A stretch of DNA of 64,000 nt from an uncultured Planctomycetota bacterium (GTDB lineage: Bacteria > Planctomycetota > Planctomycetia > Pirellulales > Lacipirellulaceae), in assembly GCA_963719315.1 (NCBI GenBank), contig CAVRBU010000001.1, positions 160,001 through 224,000 on the forward strand. The letters are read 5' to 3'. Both the position numbers and the translations under genes were made by a program. This document shows, in pieces, positions 52,484 through 62,704 of the stretch; position 1 is the stretch's first letter, and each line of letters opens with the position of its first letter. The notes beneath the pieces were generated by a model. The model was not told the origin of the DNA. It saw nothing but the letters and a program-made list of their open reading frames with translations, and did no database searches.

Positions 52484-53296
52484 ATGACAGTACCACCAAA
52501 AGACATTACGGACCGACTGAACTTTGCTGTCTCCATTGCCCGGCAGGCGGGGGAAATCACGCTGAAGTATTTCGGCAGCACCGATTTGCAGGTCGATCGC
52601 AAGGCTGACCAATCGCCCGTTACGATTGCCGACCGCACGGCGGAAGTATTGCTCCGCGAGCGGATCGGAAAAAGTTTCGCGGCAGACGGGATCATCGGCG
52701 AGGAATTTGGTGAGCAGAGGGGGGAATCGGGATACCTATGGATTGTCGACCCGATCGACGGCACGAAATCGTTCGTTCACGGCATCCCACTCTACACAAC
52801 CCTCGTTGCCGTGCTGCGCGATGGCGAACCAATCGTCGGCGTGATTCATGCACCGGCTCTTGCGGAAACGGTCTATGCATCCCAGGGCGGCGGCTGTTAT
52901 TACGTACCCGGCAATTCTGCCATGCCGCAACCGGCGAGGGTATCCGCGGTCGAGCGACTAAGCGAAAGTTTGTTCTTGACGACCGAAATAGCAAGCTTCA
53001 CGACGCATCGCGAAAGAGACGCGCTCGATGTTTTCGTCAAGCTCCAGCGTGCGGCCCGCTTGGCCCGCACGTGGGGCGACGGCTATGGATACCTGATGGT
53101 CGCGACGGGAAGAGCCGAGATCATGATTGATCCGGTGATGAATCTTTGGGATGCGGCCCCGCTGCAAACTGTGATAGAGGAGGCCGGGGGGCAGTTTACA
53201 GATTGGAAGGGGAATCCAACCGTTCACGCTGGCGAGGGAATTGCAACGAATGGCCGAGTGACGGAAGAAGTGCTGGCGATTACGCGGTTCGGATAG
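52484..53296 (+). CDS. hisN: Histidinol-phosphatase, inositol monophosphatase family
   Basis: SPVTIADR, GEEFG, DPIDGTKSF..G.P, WGDGYGY..VATG, WDAAP. Confidence 0.8.
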   Translation: MTVPPKDITDRLNFAVSIARQAGEITLKYFGSTDLQVDRKADQSPVTIADRTAEVLLRERIGKSFAADGIIGEEFGEQRGESGYLWIVDPIDGTKSFVHGIPLYTTLVAVLRDGEPIVGVIHAPALAETVYASQGGGCYYVPGNSAMPQPARVSAVERLSESLFLTTEIASFTTHRERDALDVFVKLQRAARLARTWGDGYGYLMVATGRAEIMIDPVMNLWDAAPLQTVIEEAGGQFTDWKGNPTVHAGEGIATNGRVTEEVLAITRFG

Positions 53297-53356
53297 CCAA
53301 GGATTCTCCATTCGGCCATGCGGCCATGCGGCCAGGGGATAAAGCCCATATGCCCG

Positions 53357-53384
53357 TTGTCGAAGCCGGAAAATCCGCTATACT
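53357..53384 (+). promoter_or_regulatory. Possible sigma70-type promoter for rpmB-gatCAB
   Basis: TTGTCG-N16-TATACT. Confidence 0.4.
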
Positions 53385-53437
53385 TACGGATTCTTCATAC
53401 GACGAAATATGAGTTCTTAGTTGATACGAGGTGAGCG

Positions 53438-53722
53438 ATGGCTCGACAATGTAGCGTATGTGGCAAGGGCGCAGTGCTCGGCAATCATGTGACGACCCGC
53501 GGCAAGCAGAAGTATTTGGGCGGCGTCGGCACCAAGGTCACCGGCATCAGCCGGCGGAAATTCAAGCCGAACCTTCAAAGCGTAAAGATCATGTCCGCAA
53601 CCGGCGGCCACAAGCACGCACTCGTCTGCGTCCAGTGCATCCGCAGCGGCGGCGTGACGAAGGTCGTCCGGGCGGCGCCGTTCAAAGTGCCGCACGACAC
53701 CGTGAAGGCCAAGACGAAGTAA
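53438..53722 (+). CDS. rpmB: 50S ribosomal protein L28 (Zn-ribbon form)
   Basis: MARQCSVCGK..GN, RKFKPNLQ, VCVQCIRSG; GAGG RBS. Confidence 0.93.
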   Translation: MARQCSVCGKGAVLGNHVTTRGKQKYLGGVGTKVTGISRRKFKPNLQSVKIMSATGGHKHALVCVQCIRSGGVTKVVRAAPFKVPHDTVKAKTK

Positions 53723-53751
53723 CATGCTGCCCGTATACGTTGCACTGTTTC

Positions 53752-54042
53752 ATGGGTATCTCCCGTCAGAACATCGAGAAAGTGGCACTCCTCGGTCGGT
53801 TGCAACTCACAGAAGCCGAGCTGGCGACTATGACGGCGGAACTAGGCCGGATCGTGGGCTACGTCGATCAGCTTGCGGAAGTCAACACAGATGGCATCGA
53901 GCCGATGGTCCATGCGATTGAAGTCGTCAACGTCTTTCGAGCGGATGAAGTGACCGCGAGCCTGCCGCACGAAGAAGCACTCATCAATGCCCCGCACCGC
54001 GACGATCGCGGTTATCTGGTGCCCGCCGTATTAGGCGAATAG
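53752..54042 (+). CDS. gatC: Asp/Glu-tRNA amidotransferase subunit C
   Basis: IEKVALLGRL, IVGYVDQL.EVNT.GIEP, NAP....YLVPAV. Confidence 0.9.
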   Translation: MGISRQNIEKVALLGRLQLTEAELATMTAELGRIVGYVDQLAEVNTDGIEPMVHAIEVVNVFRADEVTASLPHEEALINAPHRDDRGYLVPAVLGE

Positions 54043-54142
54043 GCAGCTTGCTACTTGGGTGCCACTGGCTTTGCCAGTGCTTGCAGAGCGTGTAAAACAG
54101 AGCATTGTTTACGTCTGCCGAACTGCGCGCGTCGCAATATCC

Positions 54143-55690
54143 ATGTCGCTTTTTGAGCAATCCGCTACTGAGCATCTGCGAAGTCTCGAATCAGGCGACG
54201 TGTTGTCGGTCGAGTTGACGCAGGCGTATCTCGATCAGATCAGAAGCGTTGATGAACGCGTCGGAGCTTTCTTGCGCATAGACTCGGACGGATCACTGCG
54301 GCAAGCGGCCGAGATTGATGCGCGGCGCATCAAGCGGCAAACCGTGGGCCGTCTGGGTGGATTGCCGGTCGCGGTGAAGGATATTCTCTGCGAGCGCGGC
54401 AAAACGACGACTTGTGCTTCGCGAATGCTCGAAAACTTCCGCCCGCCCTATGATGCAACGGTCATGGCCAAACTTCGCGCGGCCGATGCCGTGCTTATCG
54501 GCCGCACGAATCTGGACGAGTTCGCGATGGGCGGTTCGACCGAGAACTCCGCGTTTCAAATCACCCGCAATCCGTGGGACCTGGAATGCTCGCCCGGCGG
54601 TTCAAGCGGCGGGTCAGCGGCGGCGGTCGCGGCGGGGATGGCTCCGCTCGCAATCGGCACGGATACGGGCGGATCGATCCGCCAACCGGCGGGGTTGTGT
54701 GGCGTCGTCGGCATGAAGCCCACGTATGGCCGCGTGAGCCGTTACGGAGTGGTTGCCTACGCCAGCAGCCTCGACCAGGTAGGGCCGTTTGGCCGGTCGG
54801 TCGAGGATTCCGCGCTGCTTTTGGAAACGATCGCTGGGCACGATCCGCGGGATTCGACGTCGCTCCATGTTCCCGCGCCACCGTATTCGCAAGCCGTAAA
54901 CCAGCCTCTCGCCCGGCTGCGGGTCGGTTGGGTCCGCGAGCATTTTGGACCCGGCCTCGATAGCGAGGTCGAAGCTGCAATTCGTGGTGCGCTGGACACT
55001 TATAAGTCGCTGGGCGCGACAATTCATGAAATCTCGCTGCCGCATAGCAAGTACGCAGTCGCCACTTACTATGTGATCGCGCCGAGCGAAGCGTCCAGCA
55101 ACCTGGCCCGGTACGACGGCGCGCACTTCGGCTATCGAACGGATGAAAAGGAAATGCTAGCCGAGTTGGCGGCCGATCGCAAACGGCTTGAATCGGCGGG
55201 CGATAAAGCTGGGCTCGATCACTTAGACTCGGCCCTGGTGCGAATGTATCGCCGCACTCGGGCCGAAGGGTTCGGGCCAGAAGTCAAACGCCGAATCATG
55301 CTGGGCACGTACGCACTAAGTGCTGGGTATTACGACGCCTATTACCTCAAAGCACTAAAGGTTCGCCGGCTGATCCGCCAGGACTTTGATCGGGCCTTTG
55401 AGAAGGTCGATCTTATCGCGGGGCCGATTACTCCCGAGCCCGCGTTCAAGATCGGCCAAATGTCTGGCGATCCGCTGGCGATGTACCTCGTCGATATTTA
55501 CACAGTGAGCGCGAACCTGGCCGGCATTCCAGGGCTGTGCCTGCCTTGCGGCCAGTCGAAGACCGGCCTGCCGATCGGTCTGCAACTGCAGGCCCCAGCA
55601 CTCGAAGAAGATCGCTTACTCCGAGGAGCGCGAATGTACGAACAAGCTACCGACTGGCATAAACAGCGGGCTACACTGCAACGCATATAA
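54143..55690 (+). CDS. gatA: Asp/Glu-tRNA amidotransferase subunit A
   Basis: [54 protein letters not shown]. Confidence 0.95.
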   Translation: MSLFEQSATEHLRSLESGDVLSVELTQAYLDQIRSVDERVGAFLRIDSDGSLRQAAEIDARRIKRQTVGRLGGLPVAVKDILCERGKTTTCASRMLENFRPPYDATVMAKLRAADAVLIGRTNLDEFAMGGSTENSAFQITRNPWDLECSPGGSSGGSAAAVAAGMAPLAIGTDTGGSIRQPAGLCGVVGMKPTYGRVSRYGVVAYASSLDQVGPFGRSVEDSALLLETIAGHDPRDSTSLHVPAPPYSQAVNQPLARLRVGWVREHFGPGLDSEVEAAIRGALDTYKSLGATIHEISLPHSKYAVATYYVIAPSEASSNLARYDGAHFGYRTDEKEMLAELAADRKRLESAGDKAGLDHLDSALVRMYRRTRAEGFGPEVKRRIMLGTYALSAGYYDAYYLKALKVRRLIRQDFDRAFEKVDLIAGPITPEPAFKIGQMSGDPLAMYLVDIYTVSANLAGIPGLCLPCGQSKTGLPIGLQLQAPALEEDRLLRGARMYEQATDWHKQRATLQRI

Positions 55691-55702
55691 TGTAACGACT
55701 AA

Positions 55703-55857
55703 GCCACAAAGAGCACGAAGATGAGGAACAGTTTTTTTTGAACTGTAAGTAACGGAGGCAACGGAAAATGATGCGAGACTTCATTCTCATTATTACTCCG
55801 TTCTCTCCGTTACCTCCTGCTCGAGCATTCCTCTTCGTGTCCTTCGTGTCTTGTGGT
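55703..55857. repeat. Nested inverted ~9-mer arrays between gatA and gatB
   Basis: Outer GCCACAAAGAGCACGAAG..GAGGAA / TTCCTCTTCGTGTCCTTCGTGTCTTGTGG; inner AACGGAGGCAACGGA / CTCCGTTCTCTCCGTTACCTCC. Confidence 0.75.
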
Positions 55858-55875
55858 TAGATACTCCGGATAGAA

Positions 55876-57351
55876 ATGGCTGAAGGCTTTACGACAATCA
55901 TTGGCCTCGAAGTTCACGTGCAGCTTGCCACCGCCAGCAAACTATTTTGTGGGTGCAGCACGCGGTTCGGGGCCGAGCCGAATACGCATACGTGCGAGGT
56001 CTGTATTGGATTGCCGGGCACGCTGCCGGTGATGAATCGCGAGGCGTTTCAATTGGCGCTCAAAACGGCGGTGGCTCTTGAATGCGAGATTCCAGCGTTC
56101 ACCAAGTGGGATCGCAAGCAGTATTACTACCCAGACCTGCCGAAGAATTATCAGATCAGCCAGTATGATTTGCCAATGTCGCAGCACGGTTACTTGGACA
56201 TCAGTGATCCGAAGGGTGGCTTTGAACCCAAGCGGATTCGAATCCTGCGGGCGCATTTGGAAGAGGACGCCGGGAAAAGTTTGCACGACGAGGTCGCGGG
56301 CAAGGGCGACACGATGATCGACCTCAACCGCGCGGGCACGCCCCTGTTGGAAATTGTCTCCGAGCCCGATATGCGCAGTCCGCTCGAAGCCAAGGCGTTT
56401 CTCAACGAACTGAAATTGTTGCTCACCTACATTGGCGTCTCCGATTGCAACATGCAGGAAGGTAGCTTGCGTGTGGACGCCAACGTGAATCTGCACGTTG
56501 AGACGCCGGAGGGCAAAATCGCCACGCCGATCGTGGAAATCAAGAACATGAACAGTTTCCGCGCGGTGGAGCGGGCGCTTGAATTCGAAATGCAGCGGCA
56601 ATGGCGCGAGTGGCAGGAAACGCACCGTAGGTTGGGCGACGCGCCCAAGCAGACTCGCGGTTGGGATGAGGTGGTGGGCGTCACCCGGGGCCAGCGGAGC
56701 AAAGAGGAGTCGAGCGATTATCGCTATTTCCCCGACCCCGACCTGGCGCCGGTCGCCACTGAGCCACCGGAAGTCGAAACGATTCGCCAGTCGCTGGGCG
56801 AACTGCCGGCAGCGCTGCGGTCGCGGCTGGAGACCGACTCCGGCCTGTCGACCTACGATGCCGATGTCTTGATTAACCAGGGGCGGCCAGTCGTAGGATA
56901 TTATCTGGAGGTCGCTCAGGCGGCCGGCGATGCCAAAGCGGCCGCGAATTGGGTGACGCAGGATGTGCTGCGAACGCTCAAGGAATTGGACGTCGCGATT
57001 GAATCGATGCCCGTCACGAGCACCAGCCTCGCCGAATTAATACGGATGGTCAAATCGAGCGAGGTGCCCGGCCCGCGGGCCCGAGAGGTATTTCAGACGA
57101 TGGTCGAAAAGCGTATCGATGCAGCCGCGGCCCTTAAAACACTGGGCATCGCGGCCGTGGACGAATCCGAGCTAATAGCCCTGTGCCGGAAACTCTTGGC
57201 CGCCAACCCGAAAACCATTTCCGATGTCCGCGCCGGAAAATCACAGGCTATCGGCTCTCTTATCGGCCAGGCAAAAAAGCAAAATCCTAACATAGACCCC
57301 AGCCGGGTACGGGAGATTTGCTTACAATTAATTGAATCGGGGACTATCTGA
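55876..57351 (+). CDS. gatB: Asp/Glu-tRNA amidotransferase subunit B
   Basis: IGLEVHVQL, YPDLPKNYQISQ, HLEEDAGK, DLNRAGTPLLEIV, MQEGSLRVDAN, DYRYFPDPDL. Confidence 0.95.
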   Translation: MAEGFTTIIGLEVHVQLATASKLFCGCSTRFGAEPNTHTCEVCIGLPGTLPVMNREAFQLALKTAVALECEIPAFTKWDRKQYYYPDLPKNYQISQYDLPMSQHGYLDISDPKGGFEPKRIRILRAHLEEDAGKSLHDEVAGKGDTMIDLNRAGTPLLEIVSEPDMRSPLEAKAFLNELKLLLTYIGVSDCNMQEGSLRVDANVNLHVETPEGKIATPIVEIKNMNSFRAVERALEFEMQRQWREWQETHRRLGDAPKQTRGWDEVVGVTRGQRSKEESSDYRYFPDPDLAPVATEPPEVETIRQSLGELPAALRSRLETDSGLSTYDADVLINQGRPVVGYYLEVAQAAGDAKAAANWVTQDVLRTLKELDVAIESMPVTSTSLAELIRMVKSSEVPGPRAREVFQTMVEKRIDAAAALKTLGIAAVDESELIALCRKLLAANPKTISDVRAGKSQAIGSLIGQAKKQNPNIDPSRVREICLQLIESGTI

Positions 57352-57393
57352 TAGCGCTGAGATTCCCGCTTTCGGAATTATTTGATCAAGAGG

Positions 57394-57510
57394 AAACAGA
57401 GTAAACGGAGTCGATCGCATGTGTAAAATGGATAGATCGAAATCTGATAATCGGCTTACCAACTCTTTTTGTAATTCATTCCTTATCTCTGTACTCTCTG
57501 TTTACTCCTG
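57394..57510. repeat. Inverted ~9-mer arrays (same family as the inner 55.7 kb element)
   Basis: AACAGAGTAAACGGAG ... CTCTGTACTCTCTGTTTACTCCTG. Confidence 0.6.
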
Positions 57511-57557
57511 ATATATTTAGAACCCAACCCTGTCTCGCGAGTGGTCTCTTCGACGCT

Positions 57558-58361
57558 ATGGCTGCCGATCCAAGTCCGCCGGCAATCATCACGCTTACGA
57601 CCGATTTCGGCGTCGGAAGCCGGTACGTCGCGGCCACGAAGGGCGTCATTCTGTCGATCAATCCACACGCCCAGATCATCGACCTGTCGCATGCCGTGCC
57701 GCCACGTGATATTCGGGCAGGTGCAATCGTGCTCGCCGAAACAGCCCGCTGGTTTCCACCGGGCACGATCCACGTGGCGGTCGTCGACCCGGGCGTCGGC
57801 AGCAAGCGGCGTGTTGTATACGCCCAAATCGGCACGCAGCAATTCGTTGCGCCCGATAACGGCGTGTTAAGTCGCTTGGCATCCATCGATCGGCCGTCTA
57901 AGATTATCGGCGTCGAGGATTCGAAGTATTGGCTGCCGGACGTGTCGCGCACGTTTCACGGTCGCGACATCATGGCGCCGGTAGCCGCGCGCCTGGGCCT
58001 TGGCCTGCGCACCGAGAAACTTGGTCCGCCGGTTAAGCAGCTAGTGGAACTTCCTTGGGCGGAGGCGCAACAAGTGCCAAATCGCATCGAAGGCGAAGTC
58101 GTTGAAGTCGATTCGTTCGGCAATCTCATCACGAACATTACGCGGGCAATGCTTGACGGCTTACCCGGTGGCGACTCGGTGATTATCACCTGCGAGGAGC
58201 ACGAGACCCAGGGTATTTTCGCCACATTCAGCGACCAGCCACCGATGACGTTGATGGCGCACGTCGGCTCTACGGGCAGGTTGGAATTGGCGATCGTTGA
58301 TGAGAACGCCTCCGCGATGCTGGGCGTAAAGGCCGGAGCACCGGTACGTGTATCATGGTGA
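57558..58361 (+). CDS. SAM hydrolase / hydroxide adenosyltransferase (DUF62, SAM-dependent halogenase family)
   Basis: TTDFG, VVDPGVGSKR, PDNG, TFHGRD, DSFGNLITN. Confidence 0.88.
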   Translation: MAADPSPPAIITLTTDFGVGSRYVAATKGVILSINPHAQIIDLSHAVPPRDIRAGAIVLAETARWFPPGTIHVAVVDPGVGSKRRVVYAQIGTQQFVAPDNGVLSRLASIDRPSKIIGVEDSKYWLPDVSRTFHGRDIMAPVAARLGLGLRTEKLGPPVKQLVELPWAEAQQVPNRIEGEVVEVDSFGNLITNITRAMLDGLPGGDSVIITCEEHETQGIFATFSDQPPMTLMAHVGSTGRLELAIVDENASAMLGVKAGAPVRVSW

Positions 58362-58377
58362 GAATCGTCTGGTTGCC

Positions 58378-59736
58378 ATGAACGACGATTCCAACTGCGA
58401 CGAACTGCGTGACTGGGACCGCCGCCATTACTGGCACGCGTTTACGCAGATGGCCGAGTACGAGCCGCTCCTTATCGAGCGGGCCGAAGGTTGCCGGCTG
58501 ATCGATATCACGGGCTGTTCTTATCTCGACGGCACGAGCAGCATGTGGTGCAACGTTCACGGCCATAACCACCCGCAGATTAACGCCGCGATTCGCGCAC
58601 AGCTCGATCGGGTGGCCCATTGCACGGCGCTCGGAATGGGGAGCGACACCTCGGTGCGGCTGGCTAAGCGGCTCGCCGACATCGCGCCCGGCGACTTGGA
58701 GCACGTGTTTTTCGCCAGTGACGGCTCGTCGGCCGTTGAAGTCGCGCTCAAAATGGCATTTCAATACTGGCGGCAGTGCCCAAATCCTCAGCTGCAAAAG
58801 ACCAAGTTCATCGCGCTTGGCGAAGCTTATCACGGCGATACGCTCGGCAGCGCGAGCGTGAGCGGTATCGCGCGGTTCCACGCGTTGTTCAAGCCGCTAT
58901 TGTTTGATGTGATTCGGGCGCCGCTGCCCGATCCGCGGCGGTTGCCGGCCGGCACTTCGAGCAGCGAGATGACGAAGCACTTTCTGGGCGAAATCGAAGC
59001 CTTGCTGAAACTGCATCGTCACGAGGCTGCTGCGTTCGTCATTGAGCCGATCGTGCAGTGTGCGGCTGGCATGGTTATGCATCCGCCCGGCTTCCTGCGC
59101 GGAGTACGGAAACTTACGCGGTCGTACGATGTGTTGCTGATAGCCGACGAGATCGCCGTCGGCTTCGGACGGACCGGAACGATGTTCGCTTGCGAGCAGG
59201 AGGAAGTAGTACCCGATCTCTTGTGCGTCGGGAAAGGTCTTTCCGGCGGCTACTTGCCGCTGTCGGCGGCGATCGCCAACGACACCATCTACCATGCATT
59301 CCTCGGTAAATTTCACGAAGGTCGCACGCTGCACCACGGCCATACGTTTAGCGGCAATCCACTGGCGTGCGCCGCGGCACTAGCGTCACTCGATTTGTTC
59401 GACGAGGAGCAGACGTTGGCGAATTTGCCGCCGAAGGTCGCGCGCCTTAGCGACCACTTGTGCCGTTTGGCGGAACACCCACATGTTGCGAGCACGCGAC
59501 AGCGAGGGTTCATTGGCGCTTTGGAGCTAACGCAGGATAAATCGAGCAGTTTCCCTTACCCCGCAATAGAACGCCGCGCTTGGCGTGTGTGTCGCGAGGC
59601 GCTAGCACGCGGCGTATGGATTCGACCGTTGGCGAACGTATTGTATGTAATGCCACCGTTGGCGATGTCGATTGAGGAACTCGATGAGCTTATGAAATCA
59701 TTATCGGCGGCGATTGATGAAGTGACGCGCGGATGA
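58378..59736 (+). CDS. bioA: Adenosylmethionine-8-amino-7-oxononanoate aminotransferase
   Basis: WHAFTQM, SSMWCNVHGH, GSSAVEVALKMAFQY, YHGDT, DEIAVGFGRTG, GKGLSGGYLP, HGHTFSGNP, YVMPP. Confidence 0.88.
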   Translation: MNDDSNCDELRDWDRRHYWHAFTQMAEYEPLLIERAEGCRLIDITGCSYLDGTSSMWCNVHGHNHPQINAAIRAQLDRVAHCTALGMGSDTSVRLAKRLADIAPGDLEHVFFASDGSSAVEVALKMAFQYWRQCPNPQLQKTKFIALGEAYHGDTLGSASVSGIARFHALFKPLLFDVIRAPLPDPRRLPAGTSSSEMTKHFLGEIEALLKLHRHEAAAFVIEPIVQCAAGMVMHPPGFLRGVRKLTRSYDVLLIADEIAVGFGRTGTMFACEQEEVVPDLLCVGKGLSGGYLPLSAAIANDTIYHAFLGKFHEGRTLHHGHTFSGNPLACAAALASLDLFDEEQTLANLPPKVARLSDHLCRLAEHPHVASTRQRGFIGALELTQDKSSSFPYPAIERRAWRVCREALARGVWIRPLANVLYVMPPLAMSIEELDELMKSLSAAIDEVTRG

Positions 59737-60533
59737 GGGCGATCGAGCTCTGCTCCGCAAACTCCGCAGCGCGACAAAACGATCGAAATGATCTTGTGAA
59801 CGCACTTCACTATCTATTGTTGCAAACTCGAAATGCCGGCGACCCCATGGCAGCGCAGGAAGTCCGCTGCTTTGCCCGCGCATTGGGTTGCCAGGTTTCA
59901 TCGATCGAGGTATTCGACTTCCTTAGCGGAGCGCCCTCGCGCGGCAAACTTCAACAATCGGATATGCTGCTGCTGGGCGGCAGCGGCCACTATTCCGCCG
60001 CTACCACGCCGGAGCGTCCTCAGCCGGCGTGGCTCGACCGCACACTCGACTGTCTGCGAGTTATCCACCAACTGGCAAAGCCGACTTTCGCATCCTGCTG
60101 GGGCTTCCAAGCGATGTCGCGAGCCGTGGGGGGCGAATGCGTATACGACCTGCCGAACGCCGAACTTGGCACGATCGAGCTAAGGCTCACCGAGTCCGGC
60201 AGTGCCGACCCGATTTTCGGCAACCTGCCGCCAGTTTTCGCCGCCCAAGCCGGGCATGAAGACCGCGTGATCGCTCTGCCGCCGGATGCCGTGCTGCTCG
60301 CGTCCTCGGCGCGTGTGGCCGAACAGGCTTATCGGTTTTCCGGCAGGCCGATTTATTGCACGCAGTTTCACCCGGAGCTTGACCGGGCGGCGATGTTGGA
60401 ACGAGTCGTCGCGTATCCTGAATATGTCGAGCGCATCGTTCACATGCCATTTGACAACTTCGTTCATTCCGTTCGCGAAACGCCGCAAGCCAACATGCTT
60501 CTGCGGCAGTTTGTTCAGCACTATTTTCGATGA
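59733..60533 (+). CDS. Class I glutamine amidotransferase-like protein
   Basis: LGGSG, ASCWGFQ (nucleophile Cys), QFHPE; ATGA overlap with bioA. Confidence 0.85.
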   Translation: MRAIELCSANSAARQNDRNDLVNALHYLLLQTRNAGDPMAAQEVRCFARALGCQVSSIEVFDFLSGAPSRGKLQQSDMLLLGGSGHYSAATTPERPQPAWLDRTLDCLRVIHQLAKPTFASCWGFQAMSRAVGGECVYDLPNAELGTIELRLTESGSADPIFGNLPPVFAAQAGHEDRVIALPPDAVLLASSARVAEQAYRFSGRPIYCTQFHPELDRAAMLERVVAYPEYVERIVHMPFDNFVHSVRETPQANMLLRQFVQHYFR

Positions 60534-60632
60534 CTCGGTAAAAGTTTTTTGCCACTACAGCACGAACTACTCGAAGTCGTTCGACAGTTGCTCCGTGTTT
60601 CCACGTCGTGCCAGTTGTTCCATGGTGGTGAA

Positions 60633-62535
60633 TCAATCGGTTGCGCCGCTATCATCAGTCTCCATTCCCAGTTGTTTCATCTTGCGATAGAGGTTCGAGC
60701 GATGCACTCCGAGGCTCATGGCGGCCTGGCTGACGTTGCCGCGGGCGGCGTCGATGGCCTGTTGAATGTACTTGCGTTGGAACTCGTGCGTGGCATCGTT
60801 GAGTTCGCGGCCGGCGCCGAAGAGGGACGAACCGCCTGCATCTGGCGATAGTATGAACGCCAGGTCTTCGGTCTCAATACGGTCGCCGCTCGACAAATAG
60901 GCGAGCCGTTCCATAAGGTTTCGCAATTCGCGGACGTTGCCGGGCCAAGTGTGGCTTTCGAGACGCTTGCGGGCGGCGGAACTGAACCGGGGCGTGCGGC
61001 GGCCGGCGCGTTTGCAAAATTGCTGCAAAAAGTGTTCGGCCAGGAGCATGATATCGTCGCCGCGCTCGCGTAGAGGCGGAAGGTCTATCGAGACGACGTT
61101 AAGCCGAAAGTACAAGTCTTCGCGGAATCGTTTTGCCCGCACCAGTTCGGCCAACTTTTGATTGGTGGCAGCCAACATGCGCACGTCGGCGTGGATCGGC
61201 CGGCTACCGCCCACGCGGACAATCGTTTTTTCCTCCAATACGCGGAGGAGCTTGGATTGGCCGGCAAGACTCATGTCGCCGATTTCGTCGAGGAACAGTG
61301 TCCCGCCGGAGGCCAACTCGAATTTTCCGGCCCGCGATTCGTGGGCATCGGTGAAGGCGCCTTTCTCGTGGCCGAAAAGTTCGCTTTCGAGCAACGTTTC
61401 AGTAAGTGCCGCGCAATTTACGGCGATGAACGGATGCCTACGACGGCGGCTGCCGAAGTGAATCGCACGAGCGACGATTTCTTTGCCAGTGCCGTTTTCG
61501 CCGAGGATGAGGACTGCGAGATCCGTATCAGCAATCTTTCTCGCCGTCGCACGCACGGCTTGGATCGCCGGGCTTTCGCCCACGAGTAGCGTATCTTGGG
61601 CCGCCTGCTCGACCATTTTTTCGTGACGCTCGAGCAATTCCGAAAAGTGCTGTGTGTTTTCGAGCGCGACTGCCGCGTACGAGGCTAGTTCGATGAGGCC
61701 GCGCTGATCCTCGCCTGTGAACGTGCTCCCCTTTTTGTTGAGCACTTCGAACGCACCGAGCCGCTCGCCTTGAGGCGAAACAAGTGGTACGCACAGGATC
61801 GTTTGGGTGCGATAACCGGTTTGGCGATCGACGGCTCGGTCAATGTCTTCGGCGTCGTGTTCGCCGCTTACGCGCCTTGGCTCGCCAGTTTGGATTACAC
61901 GGCCAACGATACCCGCATCATCTGGCAGACGCAGTTCGCCGCCTTTGATGCCCAGCGCCGGCCGGCCTACGATCATTTTGTTCGGTTTGTCCCACAGAAA
62001 GATGGTGGCTCGATCGGCTTCCAGCAATCGCGTAGCCGCTTCAGCCATCCGCTGGAGGAGCATTTTCATTTCGTTCGTTTGGTGCCACTCGTGCGTAATT
62101 GCGAGGATCGTTTGCAGCCGATCGACCCGCGAGTCGGCGCGCGATTGCCGGTTGACGATCGCGAGAGCATCGGTCAGGCGATTGGCGACTGCGGCGAATT
62201 GGGCAGTGGTGCAATTTCCGCGGACGAGGAGGACGTATTCAGGCTCAGATCCGCTCGCGCGACCCGATGCGCCAGATAGTGGACCCGCTAACCAACGATC
62301 TGCGACGACCACATCGTCCTGTTCGATCGCCTCGGCGGCGAGGTCCAGCGGCACCGACTGATCGCGGCACACCACGGGCGGCTTCGATTTCCCAGTTTGG
62401 CACGATTGCCCTTACGATTGCGGCGGAGTCGGCTTTTAAGGCGGACAAGACCAGATCGAGTGCCGGTTCGAGCAGGTCAGTCAAGCCGCTAACCTCGCTG
62501 GACAGGTGAAGCAGGTTCGGTACGATGTCTGGCAT
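60633..62535 (-). CDS. Sigma54-dependent activator with GAF domain and Fis HTH (frameshift ~62372)
   Basis: GAF (VDRQTGYRT..ILCVPL), GENGTGKE, ESELFGHEKGAFTDA, LFLDEIG, FREDLYFRLNV, WPGNVREL, C-terminal HTH; N-terminus MPDIVPNLL in ORF 62245..62637. Confidence 0.9.
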
Positions 62536-62704
62536 TGGTTTCGTCGTAGCGGCAGGCGGCTCGCATGTCAGGTGTTTGCAGAGGGCAACAGGCGAAGAGC
62601 CTGATACATTGGACTCAATTTTAGTGGGTGTAGTCAATTATACAACATCCGAGTGTGGTCGATTTGAGACACGTCGGTCAGCTGGGAAACCTGGAGGTGA
62701 ATCG

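Noticed and set aside
57558..58361. Fluorinase or chlorinase
   Set aside because: The TFHGRD motif and conserved Asp/Arg fit the DUF62 SAM hydrolase branch, and there is no halometabolite cluster nearby
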